From contig CAWERD010000004.1 of assembly GCA_963811435.1 (NCBI GenBank), forward strand, positions 46,005-110,004: 64,000 nt of DNA. Direction: 5' to 3'. The notes beneath the pieces were generated by a model. That model had not been told where the DNA came from. It saw nothing but the letters and a program-made list of their open reading frames with translations, and searched no databases. Source of the DNA: Vicinamibacterales bacterium. Its GTDB lineage: Bacteria; Acidobacteriota; Vicinamibacteria; Vicinamibacterales; JAMQPK01. This document shows, one piece after another, positions 60,065-64,000 of the stretch (positions within the stretch are counted from its first letter, which is position 1; the number at the start of each line of letters is the position of its first letter). The position numbers were made by a program, and so were the translations under genes.

Positions 60065-62287
60065 TTACTTCTGCGGAAGTGCGAATACGTGGTATCCCTG
60101 CGCTTCGATCTTGCCCTGTTTGCGATGCAGCGGGTTTCTCCACACTGGATCGCCACCATCGCCCCATGATGCGCCGACGGCGAATGCGATGTACTGCCGC
60201 CCGTTCACCTGATACACCGCTGGAATGCCTTCGGGATTGGCATCGAGCTCGTGCTCCCAGATGAGCTGCCCCGTTTCCTTGTCGAACGCGCGCAGAAAAC
60301 GATCCTGCGAGTTTGCCAGGAACACGAGGCCACCGGCGGTCACGACCGGACCGTTGCGCGGCCGCACCGTGCCCGTTGTTGTCTTCAGGCCTTTGTCCAC
60401 CAATCCGGGCGCTGTGCCGTCGGCCACGCGCCATTTGATCGTGCCGTCGTTCAGGTCATACGCCACGAGCTGCGACCACGGAGGTCCCGACGCCGGATAG
60501 CCGTTGCTGGTATACCACCCCGCGGAAAACGATCCGCCATAACGTGTGGGCGGTCCCTGATAGCGATTGGGATTCTGCGGAAGCCGAATCTCCGATGGAT
60601 TCCCCGCCTGCTCTTCGCTCGTCGCGAGCGACATCAGATACGACTCGAGCGCCTCGAGCGTGTCGTTTGAGATGTTCGATGCGTTGAAGGCCGGCATCGA
60701 GTTGACACCCTGCCGCACGATCGAACGGAAACCCTGCGAGCCGATGACCTTCAACGATCGCATCGGCATCTGGCCGGGGCCATGACATCCCGAGCAGCGC
60801 TGCATGTAGACGTTCTGCCCTTCCTGCTCGCGGGGCCCGAGTGGCGCCGCACCCTGTCCCCGACCGCCACCACCACCGCCGCTGCCCGGCGTCACCAGCG
60901 ACATCTTTCTGTAGCTGATCATCTCGAGGCTGCGCACGTAGACCATGCCGGTTTGCGGATCGCCGGCCGTGCTGCCCCAGTTCGCGCCGCCCCACGCGCC
61001 GGGGAACTGAATGTGCGGGCGCAGATGGCTCGACGGCGTGAATACGCCCTGGTTGGCCGCCTCGCGCACGAGCTGCTTCAGCTGTTCCTGTTCCTCAGGA
61101 CTGACAAACGGATTCACCTCTTCCGGCGTCATTGACTGCCGCGCGAAAGGCGGCGGCCTGGTCGGAATGGGCTGTGTTGGCGAGGAAAACTCGCCAGGCA
61201 CTTCACTTTTCGGAACCGGACGCTCTTCGATCGGCCAGAGAGGCGCGCCGGTCTTGCGTTCGAAGACGTAGAGGAATCCGGTCTTGCCGGCCTGCGCGAC
61301 GATCTCGATCGGCTTGCCGTTGTGATTCACCGTCAGCAGCTTGGGCGCGGCGGCGTTGTCGTAGTCCCACAGATCGTGATGAACGATCTGGAAATGCCAC
61401 AACCGTTTGCCCGTTCGCGCGTCGAGCGCAAGCAGGCAGTTACCGAAGAGATTGTTGCCCTGACGATCGCCGCCGTAGAGATCGTGGGTCGGCGATCCGG
61501 TCGGCAGGAACACGATGCCGTTTTTGTCGTCGAGCGTGAGATCGCCCCAGGTGTTGGCGCCGCCGGCGTATCTGAACGCATCCTCCGGCCATGTCTCGTA
61601 CCCGTATTCACCGGGACGTGGAATCGTGTGAAACGTCCACACGAGCTTGCCGCTGATGACGTCGTACGCGCGGATGTCGCCCGGAGGCGAACCATAGCCC
61701 TCGCCGACGTTCGAACCAACGATGAGGAGATTCTCGAAGACGCGGCCGGGGCTGCTGTTCGGTCCGCCGTTGCGGCGCGGAGTACCCACGCGCATGTCGA
61801 CAAAGCCTTTTGTGCCGAACGTCAGAATCTGCTGACCGGTGCGCGCGTCGACCTCGCGGATGCCGTTGCTGGCGGTCAGGATCAGGCGGCGATCTGATCG
61901 GTCTTTGCTCTCCCAGTACGCCAGGCCGCGATCCGGCGTCTGCAACGTCGACATCCAGAGCTCTTTGCCCGTCGTCGCATCGAGCGCGACGAGCACACCG
62001 CGCACGCCGGAGACATACATCACGTTGTCGACGATGAGGGGATTGAATGCGAGGCGCTCGGCATCGCCCGGAACCGGGTAGAACCAGGCGCGTTGCAGTT
62101 GCTTGACGTTGCTCTTGTTGATGTCGGCAAGCGCCGAGTACTGCATCGAGTCCGACGACCCGCTGTATTGATCCCATTTGGTATATGGCTGGGATTGCTG
62201 CGCCAGCGGCGCACGCTGAGCAATGACGGCGACGCTGACAACAGCCATGCCGACGAGCAGCACCCGGACGGCTCGGGTTGAGTGCAT
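60065..62287 (-). CDS. PQQ-dependent quinohemoprotein dehydrogenase (propeller with inserted cytochrome c domain)
   Basis: 740 aa intact; signal peptide; CSGCHG haem motif; PQQ propeller blades; paralogs at 24327-26326 and 8931-11117. Confidence 0.8.
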   Translation of the reverse strand: MHSTRAVRVLLVGMAVVSVAVIAQRAPLAQQSQPYTKWDQYSGSSDSMQYSALADINKSNVKQLQRAWFYPVPGDAERLAFNPLIVDNVMYVSGVRGVLVALDATTGKELWMSTLQTPDRGLAYWESKDRSDRRLILTASNGIREVDARTGQQILTFGTKGFVDMRVGTPRRNGGPNSSPGRVFENLLIVGSNVGEGYGSPPGDIRAYDVISGKLVWTFHTIPRPGEYGYETWPEDAFRYAGGANTWGDLTLDDKNGIVFLPTGSPTHDLYGGDRQGNNLFGNCLLALDARTGKRLWHFQIVHHDLWDYDNAAAPKLLTVNHNGKPIEIVAQAGKTGFLYVFERKTGAPLWPIEERPVPKSEVPGEFSSPTQPIPTRPPPFARQSMTPEEVNPFVSPEEQEQLKQLVREAANQGVFTPSSHLRPHIQFPGAWGGANWGSTAGDPQTGMVYVRSLEMISYRKMSLVTPGSGGGGGGRGQGAAPLGPREQEGQNVYMQRCSGCHGPGQMPMRSLKVIGSQGFRSIVRQGVNSMPAFNASNISNDTLEALESYLMSLATSEEQAGNPSEIRLPQNPNRYQGPPTRYGGSFSAGWYTSNGYPASGPPWSQLVAYDLNDGTIKWRVADGTAPGLVDKGLKTTTGTVRPRNGPVVTAGGLVFLANSQDRFLRAFDKETGQLIWEHELDANPEGIPAVYQVNGRQYIAFAVGASWGDGGDPVWRNPLHRKQGKIEAQGYHVFALPQK

Positions 62288-62309
62288 TCGGTTCTCCCTG
62301 ATGGGGTTA

Positions 62310-62323
62310 CTTTACCGGTAAAG
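62310..62323. promoter_or_regulatory. 14-bp perfect palindrome CTTTACCGGTAAAG 23 bp upstream of the PQQ dehydrogenase start
   Basis: Seen directly; see 4305-4316 and 50636-50660. Confidence 0.4.
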
Positions 62324-62355
62324 GCGGGCTTTGAAAAGGGCGCGGTGCTCGGCAC

Positions 62356-63369
62356 CTACCGACTGTTCGTTCGCGCGACATATCCGGCGCGCGTGCGCAC
62401 CTTCAGCTCCCGGCTCTTTGTGGTGACCACAATGGCATGGTAGCGGCCATCGGTATGCGCGGCTTCGAATGCCAGGAGGTACTGCGCCTGCAGCTCGTCG
62501 CAGACGCGCGCAATGGCTTCTGGCAGCTGTGACGGAACACGGACGGGCTCGACGTAGCCGCCAGAGTCCTTCGTCAGCGCTTCGAGATTCGAGATGTCGA
62601 CGTAACCATCCCTCGTCCCCATGCCGATGGCATACAACGCTGCGCCCGATGTGTTCACCGCCTGCCGGGTTGCGGTGATCGCCAGGTCGCGCGCCGCCTG
62701 CTGTTTCGAGTAAATGTCCCACTGCTGCTGCTGTTCTGCCGTCAGACGGGAACTGCGTAGTGGAGGCTTCCCGGTAAGGCGCGGCACTTTGCTGTCCTGC
62801 CCGTCGGTAATGAGCAGCAGCACTTTGCGGGAATGTTGTGCGAGCTGAAAGGCCGGCACAATCATCGTGACCGCGTCGAACATCGCCGTATTCCCGCCCG
62901 GTCGCAACGTGGTGAACGCCCGCGCAATCCGCTGGTGCTCCTGCGTCCACGGCACGGCAAGGCCAACCTTGTCGGCGAACGCCGCGAAGAACACTTCGTC
63001 GCGCGGATCGAGACGCGTAACCAGCAACTCCAGGGCGCGCCGCGTGTCGGCCCATCGTGCATCATCCACAGCCCGCGCCTTTGGATCTGTCGCCATACTG
63101 CCGCTGATATCGAGCAGGATGCCGAGGCTGACTGGCACGCGCTCGGCGCTGAACTGCGACACAGTGCGGCGAACGCCGTCATCGCGGATCTCGAAGTCGT
63201 CTGCTTTCAAGCCGAACGCGAATCTTCCAGCGCTGTTGGTAACGGTCGCGGGCACCGAGACGATGTCAATCGCCGCGGCAGCATCGAAGCGAGGAGGTTC
63301 CTGCGCTGACAACACCAGCGCGAAACACGCAAAACACGAAAGAAGAAAGAGACAATGCCTTCCGATCAC
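62356..63369 (-). CDS. VWFA-related Acidobacterial domain protein (TIGR03436-type), secreted
   Basis: 337 aa; signal peptide; …LGILLDISGSMA… (MIDAS-like); family-typical C-terminus ...YLLAFEAAHTDGRYHAIVVTTKSRELKVRTRAGYVA. Confidence 0.8.
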   Translation of the reverse strand: MIGRHCLFLLSCFACFALVLSAQEPPRFDAAAAIDIVSVPATVTNSAGRFAFGLKADDFEIRDDGVRRTVSQFSAERVPVSLGILLDISGSMATDPKARAVDDARWADTRRALELLVTRLDPRDEVFFAAFADKVGLAVPWTQEHQRIARAFTTLRPGGNTAMFDAVTMIVPAFQLAQHSRKVLLLITDGQDSKVPRLTGKPPLRSSRLTAEQQQQWDIYSKQQAARDLAITATRQAVNTSGAALYAIGMGTRDGYVDISNLEALTKDSGGYVEPVRVPSQLPEAIARVCDELQAQYLLAFEAAHTDGRYHAIVVTTKSRELKVRTRAGYVARTNSR

Positions 63370-64000
63370 GGCGTCTCTGTAAGGGCTACGTATCCTGCCC
63401 GCGCCCTGACCTTGAACCGGCTGTCTTTGAGTTTGATCGAAAGGGGATGAAACTTGCCGTCAGCCTCCGCCGGCTCGAAGGCCAGAAGGTACTGAGATTG
63501 AAGATCGTCGCAAATCCGCGCAACCGCTGCGGAGATGTCTGCCGGATCGCGCAGCGGTTCGACGTAGCCACCCGACTCGAGCGTGAGACGTTCGAGCGTC
63601 GCAACATCGACAGGCGCGCCCTTCCGAGTGCCGATGCCTATGGCGTAAAGGGCGGCGTCGGACCCGCTGATCGCGTGCGTCGCGTTGATGATCGCGACTT
63701 CTCGCTGCGGGTTTAGTCCCGACGGACCCATCGGCGCGCCTCCGCCAAGAATATCCGCCCGGGTCAGCGGACGGGGGGGCGCTTGTTTTTCAACGCTCGT
63801 ATCCTGTCCATCTGAAATCAACAGCAGCACCTTGCGCTGATGCCTCGCAAGCTGAAACGCCGGCATGATGAGAGTGACGGCGTTGAAGAGCCCCGTCCTG
63901 CCGCCCGGCTTCAGCGCGTCGAATGCGCGCAACACACGACGATGATCGGGCGTCCAGGGAACCGCGAGCCCCACTCTTTCGCTGAACGCGGCGAACAGCA
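63366..64000 (-). CDS. second VWFA-related Acidobacterial domain protein, 5' end beyond the window
   Basis: ...YLLAFEPAEADGKFHPLSIKLKDSRFKVRARAGYVALTETP; tandem paralog of 62356-63369. Confidence 0.75.
   Translation of the reverse strand, partial: LFAAFSERVGLAVPWTPDHRRVLRAFDALKPGGRTGLFNAVTLIMPAFQLARHQRKVLLLISDGQDTSVEKQAPPRPLTRADILGGGAPMGPSGLNPQREVAIINATHAISGSDAALYAIGIGTRKGAPVDVATLERLTLESGGYVEPLRDPADISAAVARICDDLQSQYLLAFEPAEADGKFHPLSIKLKDSRFKVRARAGYVALTETP

Overview
This window is a high-GC (roughly 65%) chromosomal segment. The gene content points to Acidobacteria: two tandem VWFA-related Acidobacterial domain proteins, two large CarboxypepD_reg-type TonB-dependent-receptor-like genes, and many secreted hydrolases. 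Coding is almost entirely on the minus strand from 0.3 to 33 kb, and many adjacent genes overlap by ATGA-type stop/start junctions.

Recognisable genes include:
- Three PQQ quinohemoprotein dehydrogenase loci, each with a CxxCH haem motif.
- Two cyclase-family paralogs, and two paralogs of a TIM-barrel(sugar-phosphate-isomerase-like)+ThuA fusion.
- Three SPFH/band-7 proteins, one fused to an HTH and one in a classic NfeD-stomatin pair.
- A DUF853/YjgR HerA-like ATPase followed by an SGNH hydrolase and a GNAT acetyltransferase.
- A ferritin-DinB pair; an S45 penicillin-acylase-family enzyme, a D-aminoacylase and glutamate racemase in a row; tannase, M20 and M28 peptidases; an amidase; an MFS transporter; and two GxxExxY proteins, one of them a remnant.

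I did not recognise any rRNA, tRNA, CRISPR array or transposase.

Two things stand out beyond the gene list. First, about 16 genes need one or more frame changes to give a full-length product. The worst cases are the TonB-dependent-receptor-like genes (at least 8 changes in the 46.9-50.5 kb copy, 2 in the 4.4-7.5 kb copy). This is either indel-type assembly error or real decay, and I cannot tell which from sequence alone. Second, there are several families of small non-coding repeats:
- A GGGGTC[A/T]GACCCC REP-like palindrome in three copies.
- Purine-rich (AAAGTAGAAAGT)n islands at the 5' ends of three secreted-enzyme genes, one forming a start-codon-sequestering inverted repeat.
- A TTTACCGGTAAA palindrome upstream of three outer-membrane or periplasmic genes.
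- A 199-bp MITE-like element with 26-bp perfect terminal inverted repeats.
- Nested palindromes sharing a CTTTT(C)GAAA(A)GAATTCT core.
- Two ~100-bp direct repeats in front of an Arc-family repressor gene.
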